Positions 10,584 to 19,638 of a stretch of DNA of 64,000 nucleotides are shown here, in pieces; positions within the stretch are counted from its first letter, which is position 1; each line of letters opens with the position of its first letter. This DNA comes from Spirochaetia bacterium. GTDB taxonomy: Bacteria > Spirochaetota > Spirochaetia > UBA9216. The DNA is taken from NCBI GenBank assembly GCA_965140585.1, contig OZ223264.1, positions 480,001 to 544,000 of the forward strand, in the 5' to 3' direction. The translations under genes were made by a program, and so were the position numbers. The notes beneath the pieces were generated by a model. It ran no database searches and was not told the DNA's origin. It saw nothing but the letters and a program-made list of their open reading frames with translations.

Positions 10584-11033
10584 ATGGATCTTAAAAGAGT
10601 ACTCACTGAAGAATTAATTACGACAGATTTAAAAGGAAACACCAAAACAGAGATCATAGACTCACTGATAGAATTATTGAGTGTTTCAGGAAAGATATCA
10701 GATAAAGCCAAAGTCCGGGAATGCATATTCGACAGGGAGGCAAAAATGTCGACTGGTATGGAAACCGGCATTGCCATTCCTCATGGAAAGACTGATGCCG
10801 TTGATGAGCTTGTTGCCTGTGTCGGTATCACAAGGGAAGGCGTTGACTTTAAATCGCTTGACGGTCTGCCCAGCAGAATCTTTATAATGACAGTTTCTCC
10901 TGCCCACCGCACCGGACCGCACGTTCAGTTTCTGGCTGAAATAAGCAGGGTTTTAAGAGATGATGAGCACCGGCAGAAGCTGATGAATGCTGAAACCCCT
11001 GCCGATGTTTACAGGATTATCTGCCTTGAATAG
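10584..11033 (+). CDS. Stand-alone PTS EIIA (Fru/Mtl/Ntr family)
   Basis: REAKMSTGMETGIAIPHGK with phosphoacceptor His; HVQFLAEISR. Confidence 0.9.
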   Translation: MDLKRVLTEELITTDLKGNTKTEIIDSLIELLSVSGKISDKAKVRECIFDREAKMSTGMETGIAIPHGKTDAVDELVACVGITREGVDFKSLDGLPSRIFIMTVSPAHRTGPHVQFLAEISRVLRDDEHRQKLMNAETPADVYRIICLE

Positions 11034-11051
11034 GGCCTGAATTATAAGGGC

Positions 11052-12710
11052 TCATTTTAACCGATTGGAAAAGACCAGTCCTTCATAGTCCGACAGGCTT
11101 ATCTCGCTGTTATCCGGAGCTGAACCTGTGGACTGTGTTGAAACACTTTTATTCAAGCCTTCGGCGAGTTCTGCCTTAATCTTTTTTTTCTTTCCGGTAA
11201 AATTTAAAAGCACAAGACATTCCTCATCTTCATACTTCCGCCGGTATCCAAGAACGCCCTTTGAAAGACTGTTCTCCGGCAGCAGTTCAATGTTGCCGAA
11301 ACGCAGCGCCCTGCTGCTGTTTCTGAAATGAAGGAGACGGCTGTAACAGTTGTAGAGTGAGCGGGAATCCTTCTGCTGCATTTCTGCATTAACGGTTTCG
11401 TAATCAGTATTAATCGGCAGCCATGGCACTGCTCCCGGAGCCGCAAAGCCGGCGTTCTGCTCGGAAGTCCATTGCATAGGTGTTCTGCAGTTGTCGCGAT
11501 TCAGAGCGCAGCTGACTTTATGGTCTATAAAGTTAAAAACCGGCCCGGGCAGCCAGCTGAAGCCTCCGGAAACCGGATCAAGTGACTGCTTTCCGGGTAT
11601 TCTTCCGTTTGACATTCCAATCTCTTCTCCGTTGTAGATGAAGGGAATACCCCGTACCGTCAGCTGGAAGAATATGCTCAGTGCTGCTTTTTTTTCATTT
11701 TTCCCGAGTGCGGAGAAGCGTCTTATTCTGTCATGATTTGAAAAGGCCCAGCAAGGGGTTAGAGGATATTCAAAGCAGTCTTCGTATTCCGCTATAAGCT
11801 TCCGAAATGATTCAGCAGTAAAGGGTTCGGATGCGCATTTAAAGGCAAAGGCTGCGTGCAGTCCCCGGTTTCGGCAGAACTCCGCGATGTCATCAGGAGT
11901 TCCGAAGGTTTCCCCGACTAGTATCCTTGGAGGATTCTGAAACTCCTCTGTGACCCTTCTGAGTTCTTTGGTGAATTCAATACTTTCGGGCAGATTGTGC
12001 GTCATTTTTGTGCTTTTAAAAAGCATGCCTTCATGGGTTTCGTCAGGAAAAAGTTTCAGTGACGCCGGGTTGTTTCTGAAATCCGCATCTTCGAAGATGC
12101 TTCCTATTATATCCAGCCTGAAACCGTCGGCTCCGCGTTCAAGCCAGAAGCGCAGTGTTTCCAGCATTTCGTTTTTAACATCGGGGTTCCGGTAGTTCAG
12201 ATCCGGCTGAAAGGGCAGGAATGAAGCCCAGTACCACTGCTTGGTTATCTCTGAATAGTGCCAGCCTGAACCGGAGACCTGGCTCAGCCAGTTGTTCGGC
12301 GGGAGTCTCCCCCTTCCATCCTTCCACACATACCAGTCACGCCGCGGATTGTCCAGGGACGAGGATGATTCTTTAAACCATGGATGTTCGTCGCTTGTAT
12401 GGTTAAGAACCATATCAAGGATTATTTTCATGTCTCTTTTGTGAATCTCTTCAACGAGTCTGAAGTAGTCTTCCATAGTCCCGTATTCAGGGGCTATGCT
12501 GCGGTAGTCGGATATGTCGTAGCCGAAGTCCTTCTGCGGACTCGGAAAGAAGGGTGAACACCAGATTGTTTCAAATCCAGTTTCCTTAATGTAGTCGAGC
12601 CTGCTGATAATACCGCGGATATCTCCGATTCCGTCGTTATTGGAATCGGAGAAGGAGCGGGGGTAAATCTGGTACACATTGGTACCGTACCACCACCTGG
12701 TTTCGGACAT
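11052..12710 (-). CDS. GH13 alpha-glucosidase / oligo-1,6-glucosidase
   Basis: YQIYPRSFSDSNNDGIGD, DMVLNHTS, QPDLN, GFRLD, VGE, SNHD, RDNCRTPMQW. Confidence 0.92.
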   Translation of the reverse strand: MSETRWWYGTNVYQIYPRSFSDSNNDGIGDIRGIISRLDYIKETGFETIWCSPFFPSPQKDFGYDISDYRSIAPEYGTMEDYFRLVEEIHKRDMKIILDMVLNHTSDEHPWFKESSSSLDNPRRDWYVWKDGRGRLPPNNWLSQVSGSGWHYSEITKQWYWASFLPFQPDLNYRNPDVKNEMLETLRFWLERGADGFRLDIIGSIFEDADFRNNPASLKLFPDETHEGMLFKSTKMTHNLPESIEFTKELRRVTEEFQNPPRILVGETFGTPDDIAEFCRNRGLHAAFAFKCASEPFTAESFRKLIAEYEDCFEYPLTPCWAFSNHDRIRRFSALGKNEKKAALSIFFQLTVRGIPFIYNGEEIGMSNGRIPGKQSLDPVSGGFSWLPGPVFNFIDHKVSCALNRDNCRTPMQWTSEQNAGFAAPGAVPWLPINTDYETVNAEMQQKDSRSLYNCYSRLLHFRNSSRALRFGNIELLPENSLSKGVLGYRRKYEDEECLVLLNFTGKKKKIKAELAEGLNKSVSTQSTGSAPDNSEISLSDYEGLVFSNRLK

Positions 12711-12713
12711 CTG

Positions 12714-15287
12714 CTATTCCGACTTGGCGTCAAGACGCTCCAGAGCCCAGAGCGTGTATTTACGGACACGTTTGTCCGGGTCATTTTTTAATTCTTCAAG
12801 AATCGGTTTGCCCTCTTTGGTGTTAAGCATTTCAAGGGCCTTGAGCACTTCAACCCGAACATTCTGATCCGGATCCCTTGAAGCGAGAACTATACCCTTA
12901 AATGCTTCCTTTGTTTTTATCAGGCTGAGAACTGCAGCAGCGTCCTTTCTTACGTCGGGATTTCTGTGCAGAAGTTTCTTCATTGTTGTATCAATGTATC
13001 CGGTTTTCAGCAGAATGTCGGCAAGCACACCGTGGAGTGATGTGATGTTTTCTTTAAGTATTGATACAATTTCTGGTTCAATACTGCTTCCCATCAGTTT
13101 AAAGGATTCGGCTATGCGATCCCTGACTTCCGGTGAGGCATCCTTGAAGTATTCAAGCAGAAGCTTGAGAAGTTTACCCGGCTTTTTTACACTGAGAGCC
13201 TGTACGGCTGTATCGGCAAGGTCGGGATCCTTCAGCAGATTTACAAGGATTCCAACCGATTCTTCACGTTCGGAATAGCCAAGCCCTATCACTGCCGCTT
13301 TCTTGACTGGGTCGACCTCATTAGGATCCTTTATGATTTTTTCAAGTTCAGTCAGAGCCGCTGCAGGTCCGGAGGCGGCAATTACCTCTGCCGATTCCAT
13401 TCTGACTCTTTCAACAGGATCCCTCAGCATGGCAGTCATCTGGCCTATAACCTTTGTCTCTCCGAATCCTGCCAGAGCTCTTACCCCGGCTATTCTTACC
13501 TCGGGATCTGAATCTCCGGCTGCATCTTTGATTGTTTTCACAAAACTTGTCATTCCGGTTGCCGGGAGGCTGCTGATAAGCGCTGCCTTTACGGCAGCAT
13601 CGACAGACTCAAGCAGATCAGAAACCCTCTCCTCGAAAACATCCGGAGCGTATTCCGCAAGCAGTGCGGCAAATTCCTGCTGCTGACCCGGAGAGAGTAT
13701 CGTGAGGTTTTCAAGTATTACCTGGAGGCAGCAGGGCATTTTCAGCTCGCCGAGTATTTTAAAGGCTTCCTTCCGGATATTATCTTCGTAACCTCCGCCT
13801 TCGTTGTGAAGAATGGAAATAAGCACTTCCAGATAGGTTGAAACGGCGAAGCGTTCGATTGTGTGCCTGAGAAGATCCGGTTTACAGAAATTACCCTCAG
13901 TAAGAAAGTTTATCAGGGTCGGTATGAAGATATCCTCTCCGCGTTCCGGGAGGGCTTTTAGTAGAATACTCAATCTAACCGGATCATCAGCTGATTTCTT
14001 GAGCTCCTTATCCATCAGTCTAAGTGCGTCATCACTGCCACGAAGTGCTATACATTCCACACCGGAAGCATAGAGTTCAATGAAGGCTTCTTTCGCATTT
14101 GCTTCAAGCGTCGGAGCGAATATTCTTTCGGCAAGGTAGTCAACAAATTTACGGCTGCCGTTCTGCTTCAGCAGATCCGCAGCCAGCATTATCGATGCCG
14201 GGTTCTCTACAGTTCCTATTTTTTCGAGGAAATTAGTACAGTTAACATCACATGCGTTTGCCAGGAGGGTAGATACGCGTTTGTATCCCTCCCTGTCCCC
14301 CAGATCGGCCTTTATAAAAAGCCGGCTCAATGCGTTTTGTCTCTGAAGATAAACTGCGGCCTGGAGCCTGATTTCCATATCATCGGAAATTAAATACTGG
14401 AGCGCAGTATTCTCGTCTTCCTTTGAATCGTCATGAAGCTGTTCGAGTACATGGAAAAGCTGGGTTTTATTAAGGTCTCCGGTATCTATACGGTAGAACT
14501 CCGGATAATCGTTGTCCAGACGCCTTCTTGCGGCAGTTCGTACTATGAAAGACGGGTCATCCTTGAGAAGTTCCAGCAGATGTTTTCCAAGCATCTTTTT
14601 GTCTGCGGTCTTGAATTCTGCGGCAAGGGCGGCACGGATTCTGAAGGCAGGATCCTTGAATGCTTCCCAGCCTGCACGTTCTGCCCTCTTGTCGCTGTAA
14701 TGTATTAGAAGTTTCAGGGCGAAGAATCTGACTTCCCATTCCGGGTCTCCGGTCATCTCAAGAAGGTTCTGAAGCTGGTCAGGAATAAGTGATGCTGCAT
14801 ATTTTCCACTGAAATCGGTTCCTTTTCCTGCAATGGCAATTCTTTTAAGCAGCAGTTCATCGCTGCTGTCAGCTGTTTTTTTTGCGAGGATCTTACCGAA
14901 ACCGGGCTTTGAGGGCCCTGCTTCAAGGCAGTAGAATAAGCCCCTGTCGGGGTAGTATTTCAGCAGTTTTTTAAGATCGGAAATTCTGCGGTTTGTTCTG
15001 AGCCTCTCTTCCCAGAGTATGTCGAGTCCTGTTGATGCAATGAAGTCTCCCTCGTTCTTTTCAGAGGCTCTTTGAATCAGCCGGGCCTTTCTGAGACGTG
15101 CTGCGGGCGGATACTTTTCCAGAAAAGCATTAAGCAGTTCCTCATCGCTGCAGGCCTTATCGCAGGTCTTCAGAAAGCGGAAGTTAAGAAGCAGTTTGAT
15201 AAGAACAAAGATAATGATTGCCGTGACAGCGCTTAATATTAGAATAATTGCCCATAACGGCATTATTAATCCGGGGATTATCTCCAT
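12714..15287 (-). CDS. Membrane-anchored HEAT-repeat protein
   Basis: N-terminal TM helix; repeated D(P)xxxVR motifs (DPEWEVR, DSDPEVR, DPVERVR, DPDQNVR, DPDKRVR). Confidence 0.85.
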   Translation of the reverse strand: MEIIPGLIMPLWAIILILSAVTAIIIFVLIKLLLNFRFLKTCDKACSDEELLNAFLEKYPPAARLRKARLIQRASEKNEGDFIASTGLDILWEERLRTNRRISDLKKLLKYYPDRGLFYCLEAGPSKPGFGKILAKKTADSSDELLLKRIAIAGKGTDFSGKYAASLIPDQLQNLLEMTGDPEWEVRFFALKLLIHYSDKRAERAGWEAFKDPAFRIRAALAAEFKTADKKMLGKHLLELLKDDPSFIVRTAARRRLDNDYPEFYRIDTGDLNKTQLFHVLEQLHDDSKEDENTALQYLISDDMEIRLQAAVYLQRQNALSRLFIKADLGDREGYKRVSTLLANACDVNCTNFLEKIGTVENPASIMLAADLLKQNGSRKFVDYLAERIFAPTLEANAKEAFIELYASGVECIALRGSDDALRLMDKELKKSADDPVRLSILLKALPERGEDIFIPTLINFLTEGNFCKPDLLRHTIERFAVSTYLEVLISILHNEGGGYEDNIRKEAFKILGELKMPCCLQVILENLTILSPGQQQEFAALLAEYAPDVFEERVSDLLESVDAAVKAALISSLPATGMTSFVKTIKDAAGDSDPEVRIAGVRALAGFGETKVIGQMTAMLRDPVERVRMESAEVIAASGPAAALTELEKIIKDPNEVDPVKKAAVIGLGYSEREESVGILVNLLKDPDLADTAVQALSVKKPGKLLKLLLEYFKDASPEVRDRIAESFKLMGSSIEPEIVSILKENITSLHGVLADILLKTGYIDTTMKKLLHRNPDVRKDAAAVLSLIKTKEAFKGIVLASRDPDQNVRVEVLKALEMLNTKEGKPILEELKNDPDKRVRKYTLWALERLDAKSE

Positions 15288-15308
15288 ATGAATATTCCTC
15301 CATAGCCG

Positions 15309-16862
15309 CTAAATCGCGACATTATATATTTCAATCGGTTTAACCTTGCCTTTGACCGTTACAGGAGAACGTTTTTCAAGTTTGAAACGGTCATCAAGCA
15401 GGGCTTTTGTTGATTCAGTAATAATTATTTCATTTGCACCGGCAACACCCTCAAGTCTTGCAGCAAGATTCACTGTGTCACCGATGACTGAATAATCCAT
15501 TCTGCGTGAACTGCCAAGGTTTCCGGCTACAAGGGGGCCGGTATGCATGCCTATACCAATCTTAAGAGATCGTGCCGGCCCTGTAAAGAATTGACGCTGT
15601 TTGGATGCTACAAGTCTCTGTATTGCTACCGCGCACTCCACCGCCTTTACGGCGTCTTCTCTCTCATCTGAAAGAGGCACTCCCCATGCCGCCATAATGC
15701 AGTCGCCTATGAACTTATCAATATATCCTCCGTGCTGAATGACAAGCTCTACGGCTTCACGGAAATATTCGTTCAGAATATCGATAATAACTTCCGGTTC
15801 CTGTCCTTCGGAGAAGGCTGTGTATCCCCTGATGTCGGCAAATAATACGGTTGCGGTCTTTTTGGAGCCGCCGGGATTTACAAGTTCCGGCTGTTCCATG
15901 AGGTGATTGACTATCTCGTGGGAAAGATACCTTGAGAACATATCCTTTATAATCCTGCGTTCTTCGACGGCGATGTTTACTCTGTTTTTCAGTTCTTTTT
16001 CTGCACTCTGATCTTTGAAGATCAGGGTAAGTCCCTCTTTCCGGCCCCTCTTGGTCTGAAGCGGTGTAATATTCAGGGAGTAATCGATGTTTGTCTTTTC
16101 TCCCTTGAATATACCTTCGAGGCCGAGGATTATGCTGCTGTTCTTTTCAGATTCGGAGATTGTATTTATGACTCTGGGAGTAAGTTTCTTTTTGAAGAAG
16201 TCTTTCAGGTCACTCCCGATATGCCCGCTGTTGAGGCCGAGCTTTTCCGCAGCGGCATCGTTGAAATAGTGAATGCTGCCGTTGGGATCGGTTGTGATTA
16301 GGAAGTCTGACATCGATGTAAAGATTCCTTCCTGGTAACGCTCCATGCTTTCAATTACCCTGAACTGTTCCTGCAGCTGGGAGTATAGAATCGAGTTATG
16401 AAGCATCCCTCCGGTAAATTTAGCCGCTGATTCCAGGAAACGGAAACGGTCGCCCCGATAGAAGCCCTCGGTATCCGAGTTCAGAACCAGAAGGCCTATC
16501 CTCTCACCGGGAGCATTCAGCGGAAGGATTATTCCGCTGTTCATTACTTCTGTAAGCAGAACCTCAGCGAAGGGACTTTTTTTACGGCTGTTTAGAACAA
16601 CTGCCTCTCCGCAATCTTCCAGGAAATTAACAAGCTCTGATTTCCGGTTCAGTTTTGCGGGAATCTCGTGCCAGCCCCTTTTGTATACAAGTTCGGGATC
16701 CTTATCAGGCTCCGGATATATGAAGAGCCCCGCAAGTTCGGAGCGGCTGATATCAAGTGTCTGTTCCACAAGTATTGAGAAAAGTGATTTCAGACGGTTC
16801 TCACGAGCCAGTGCAGAACATAGTCTTACTGTTTCATCTAATAGCTGATTTTCTTTTACCAT
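15309..16862 (-). CDS. GAF-PAS class III adenylate cyclase
   Basis: FADIRGYT, IDKFIGDCIMA, GMHTG, DYSVIGDTVNLAARLE, VKGK; N-terminal GAF and PAS segments. Confidence 0.92.
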   Translation of the reverse strand: MVKENQLLDETVRLCSALARENRLKSLFSILVEQTLDISRSELAGLFIYPEPDKDPELVYKRGWHEIPAKLNRKSELVNFLEDCGEAVVLNSRKKSPFAEVLLTEVMNSGIILPLNAPGERIGLLVLNSDTEGFYRGDRFRFLESAAKFTGGMLHNSILYSQLQEQFRVIESMERYQEGIFTSMSDFLITTDPNGSIHYFNDAAAEKLGLNSGHIGSDLKDFFKKKLTPRVINTISESEKNSSIILGLEGIFKGEKTNIDYSLNITPLQTKRGRKEGLTLIFKDQSAEKELKNRVNIAVEERRIIKDMFSRYLSHEIVNHLMEQPELVNPGGSKKTATVLFADIRGYTAFSEGQEPEVIIDILNEYFREAVELVIQHGGYIDKFIGDCIMAAWGVPLSDEREDAVKAVECAVAIQRLVASKQRQFFTGPARSLKIGIGMHTGPLVAGNLGSSRRMDYSVIGDTVNLAARLEGVAGANEIIITESTKALLDDRFKLEKRSPVTVKGKVKPIEIYNVAI

Positions 16863-16919
16863 AATAAATTATTCCGAATGATATCATATAATAAAATTAT
16901 GTGATAGATTTTAAAAATT

Positions 16920-17555
16920 ATGGATGTGAAAAAAAAATACTACTCAACTATGTCAAAAAAACTGCTTTCAGAAATCAGGAAGCGGAATATGGACGCTGAA
17001 TATTACGAAGATTCCGCCTCTGCTCTTAAGGCCGTCATGGCTGATATTCCCGAGGGTTCTGCCGTGAGCTGGGGAGGTTCTGTTTCACTTGCCCAGGCCG
17101 GTTTTCATGATGCACTTAGAAACGGCAATTTTAATCTTCTTGACAGAGACCGGGCGGAAACCCCTGCCGAGGCTGATGAGATTTATCGTAATGCCTTTAA
17201 CTGTGATTATTATTTTATGGGAACCAACGCTATTACCGTTGACGGCAAACTTGTTAATATCGACGGGAGGGGCAACCGCCTTGCTGCGCTGCTTTTCGGG
17301 CCTGCCCATGTGATTATTGTTATCGGAATGAACAAGGTCACCGCCGATGAGAAGGAAGCTCTTTCAAGGGTAAATAATGTTGCTTCACCGCAGAACGCCG
17401 TGAGGCTTGATAAAAATACTCCCTGTGGAAAGACCGGCCGCTGCGGCGACTGTCTTTCAGACGATAGTCTCTGCAGCAATATTGTGATTACCAGACGAAG
17501 CTGGACAGCCGGACGGATTAAGGTGATTCTTATCGGCGAGGATCTGGGGTATTAA
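16920..17555 (+). CDS. LUD-domain (lactate utilization-like) protein
   Basis: SWGGSVSL, GTNAITVDGKLVNIDGRGNR, GMNKV, TPCGKTGRCGDC, ILIGEDLGY. Confidence 0.85.
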   Translation: MDVKKKYYSTMSKKLLSEIRKRNMDAEYYEDSASALKAVMADIPEGSAVSWGGSVSLAQAGFHDALRNGNFNLLDRDRAETPAEADEIYRNAFNCDYYFMGTNAITVDGKLVNIDGRGNRLAALLFGPAHVIIVIGMNKVTADEKEALSRVNNVASPQNAVRLDKNTPCGKTGRCGDCLSDDSLCSNIVITRRSWTAGRIKVILIGEDLGY

Positions 17556-17583
17556 AAAGAAGCCGGCTGCAAGTTCCGGCTCC
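17556..17583 (-). terminator. Probable intrinsic terminator of nucleoside ABC operon
   Basis: Minus strand AGCCGG-9 nt-CCGGCT followed by TCTTTT, between convergent genes. Confidence 0.5.
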
Positions 17584-17593
17584 TGTCTGTCTG

Positions 17594-18547
17594 CTACTTA
17601 TCTTCTCTGACGTAGGGATTTCCCAGTGCCTGGGGAGGCCCCGAAAGGCTTTTACGGTTTTCCCAGACTGTTATTATTACAAGTACAACAATCGTTGCTA
17701 TGTATGGAAGCATGTTCAGAAATGTTGCAGGGATGTCAGTTCCCGAGGCCTGAAGCCTGAACTGCACAGCATTGATACCGCCAAAGAGTACCGCTCCCCA
17801 AATGGCCCTTGATGGATTCCACAGTGAGAATATTACCAGTGCAATTACAATCCATCCGCGTCCGCCGGTGATATTTTCAATCCAGCCCGGTGTGTAGGAA
17901 AGGGCCAGATGAGCTCCTCCGACTGCGGACATCATTCCCCCGAAAATTGTATAGATGTACCTTGTCCGCGTGACGTTTATGCCCATCGCGTCCGCCGTTT
18001 CCGGACTTTCGCCTACTGCCCTGAGATTCAACCCATGCCTTGTTTTATACATGAAAAACCATGATACCGGCAGCAGAATAAGCACTATATAGGTCAGAAT
18101 ATCCTGATTGAACAGTACTCCGATAAGGGGGATCTTTGAAAGTCCCGGAATTGAGAGCGCTGTAAATTTGGCGGCAGTCAGGCCTGTAAGGTAATTGCTG
18201 TTTGTCTCCGGGCCCAGTGTCTGTCCGAGAAAACTTGCCATTCCTGTTCCGAACAGGGTTATGCTCAGTCCGCTTACAACCTGCTGAGCCCTCATCGTTA
18301 CCGATAGAAATGCATGAATCAGCGAAAGCAGGGCTCCTACAGCACAGGCTGCAAAAAGAGCTGCAAAAAGATTATGCGTGTAATAGGAAACTGCAAAGGA
18401 GGTTACTGCTCCCATCAGCATGGTTCCTTCAACACCGAGGTTCAGGACTCCTGATTTTTCAGAGTAAATTTCCCCGATCGTTGCATATATTAGCGAGGTT
18501 CCGGCTTTAAGTGTAATAGCCAGTACAGATGCTATTATGGCTATCAT
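17594..18547 (-). CDS. Nucleoside (BMP-type) ABC transporter permease
   Basis: EKSGVLNLGVEG, GLNLRAVGE, GRGWIVIALV, PQALGNPY. Confidence 0.9.
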   Translation of the reverse strand: MIAIIASVLAITLKAGTSLIYATIGEIYSEKSGVLNLGVEGTMLMGAVTSFAVSYYTHNLFAALFAACAVGALLSLIHAFLSVTMRAQQVVSGLSITLFGTGMASFLGQTLGPETNSNYLTGLTAAKFTALSIPGLSKIPLIGVLFNQDILTYIVLILLPVSWFFMYKTRHGLNLRAVGESPETADAMGINVTRTRYIYTIFGGMMSAVGGAHLALSYTPGWIENITGGRGWIVIALVIFSLWNPSRAIWGAVLFGGINAVQFRLQASGTDIPATFLNMLPYIATIVVLVIITVWENRKSLSGPPQALGNPYVREDK

Positions 18548-19638
18548 TCGGCAGCCTCCATACTATTATTGTCCGCTGAACTGTTTCTGATTATTTTCAG
18601 CTTGTAGTCGGTGAATACCGAGCCGGCAAGCATCGGGAAGAGAATCATACCCTGCATAACCTGACCCATCGCGGCAGGCAGCTGCATCATAATCTGTACG
18701 CTGTCGCCTCCGACAAGAAGTCCGGCCATTACAACCGAGGTAAAAATACAGGCTATTGGGTTAAGCTGGCTCATCCAGGCAATGATAATTGCCGTATAAC
18801 CGTAGCCGAGGGAAAGTCCCTGCTGCAGCCTCCGGGCGATCCCGGTAACCTCCGTGGCTCCGGCCAGTCCTGCCACAGCTCCTGATACAAGCAGTGCCAG
18901 CATTATGTTCCGTTCTATACTTACACCCAGAACCCTGGCTGCTTTGCGGTTTTTTCCTATCATCTGCAGTTCAAATCCCCAGCGGGTCTTGTAAACCACG
19001 AACCACAGCAGTACTGCAATTGCAATGGCAAAAAAGAGTCCGGCATGTGCTCTTCCGTAAAAACGGGGAAGCCATGCGGCTTCCGGGAACTTTGCAGAAC
19101 CCGGAAATCCAAACCCTTCCGGGTCTCGCCATGGGCCGTGATATATTCCGTCATAGATGAGTATCGCAATGTAGTTGAGCATAAGCGTGGTGAGCGTCTC
19201 ATCGGTTTTAAGTTTTATCTTTAAAAGTGCGGGAATTCCTGCCCATAGACCGCCTGCAGCGGCGCCGATTATCAGTGTTACAGGCAGAAGCAGAAAGGGC
19301 GGGAGCCAGGATGACCAGAACAGGGCAACCCAGGCTGCCGCTATTCCTCCAAGTACTATCTGACCCTCTGCTCCTATGTTCCAGAACTTGAGCCTGAAGG
19401 CTATTGATACGCCAAGACTTGCAAGCATCAGCGGAATTGCTTTTACCAGAGTTTCGCTGAAATCACGCATTGATCCGAAGGCTCCGCGAAGCATAGCAGA
19501 AAATGTTACAAAGGGATTAATATCAAAAATTCCGAGCATCAGTGCTGTAAGAACAAGCGATACGGCGAATGAAATAACCGGTGTAAGCACAGTGGCCGAT
19601 CCGGAATAGGCTTTCCTTTTGACAAAAATAATTTTCAT
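18544..19638 (-). CDS. Nucleoside (BMP-type) ABC transporter permease
   Basis: WNIGAEGQ, TLMLNYIA, GYGYTAIIIA; multi-TM. Confidence 0.9.
   Translation of the reverse strand: MKIIFVKRKAYSGSATVLTPVISFAVSLVLTALMLGIFDINPFVTFSAMLRGAFGSMRDFSETLVKAIPLMLASLGVSIAFRLKFWNIGAEGQIVLGGIAAAWVALFWSSWLPPFLLLPVTLIIGAAAGGLWAGIPALLKIKLKTDETLTTLMLNYIAILIYDGIYHGPWRDPEGFGFPGSAKFPEAAWLPRFYGRAHAGLFFAIAIAVLLWFVVYKTRWGFELQMIGKNRKAARVLGVSIERNIMLALLVSGAVAGLAGATEVTGIARRLQQGLSLGYGYTAIIIAWMSQLNPIACIFTSVVMAGLLVGGDSVQIMMQLPAAMGQVMQGMILFPMLAGSVFTDYKLKIIRNSSADNNSMEAAE

Noticed and set aside
10584-16862. EIIA-adenylate cyclase catabolite repression as in enterobacteria
   Set aside because: That system uses EIIA-Glc and a class I cyclase; here the EIIA is Fru/Ntr family and the cyclases are class III
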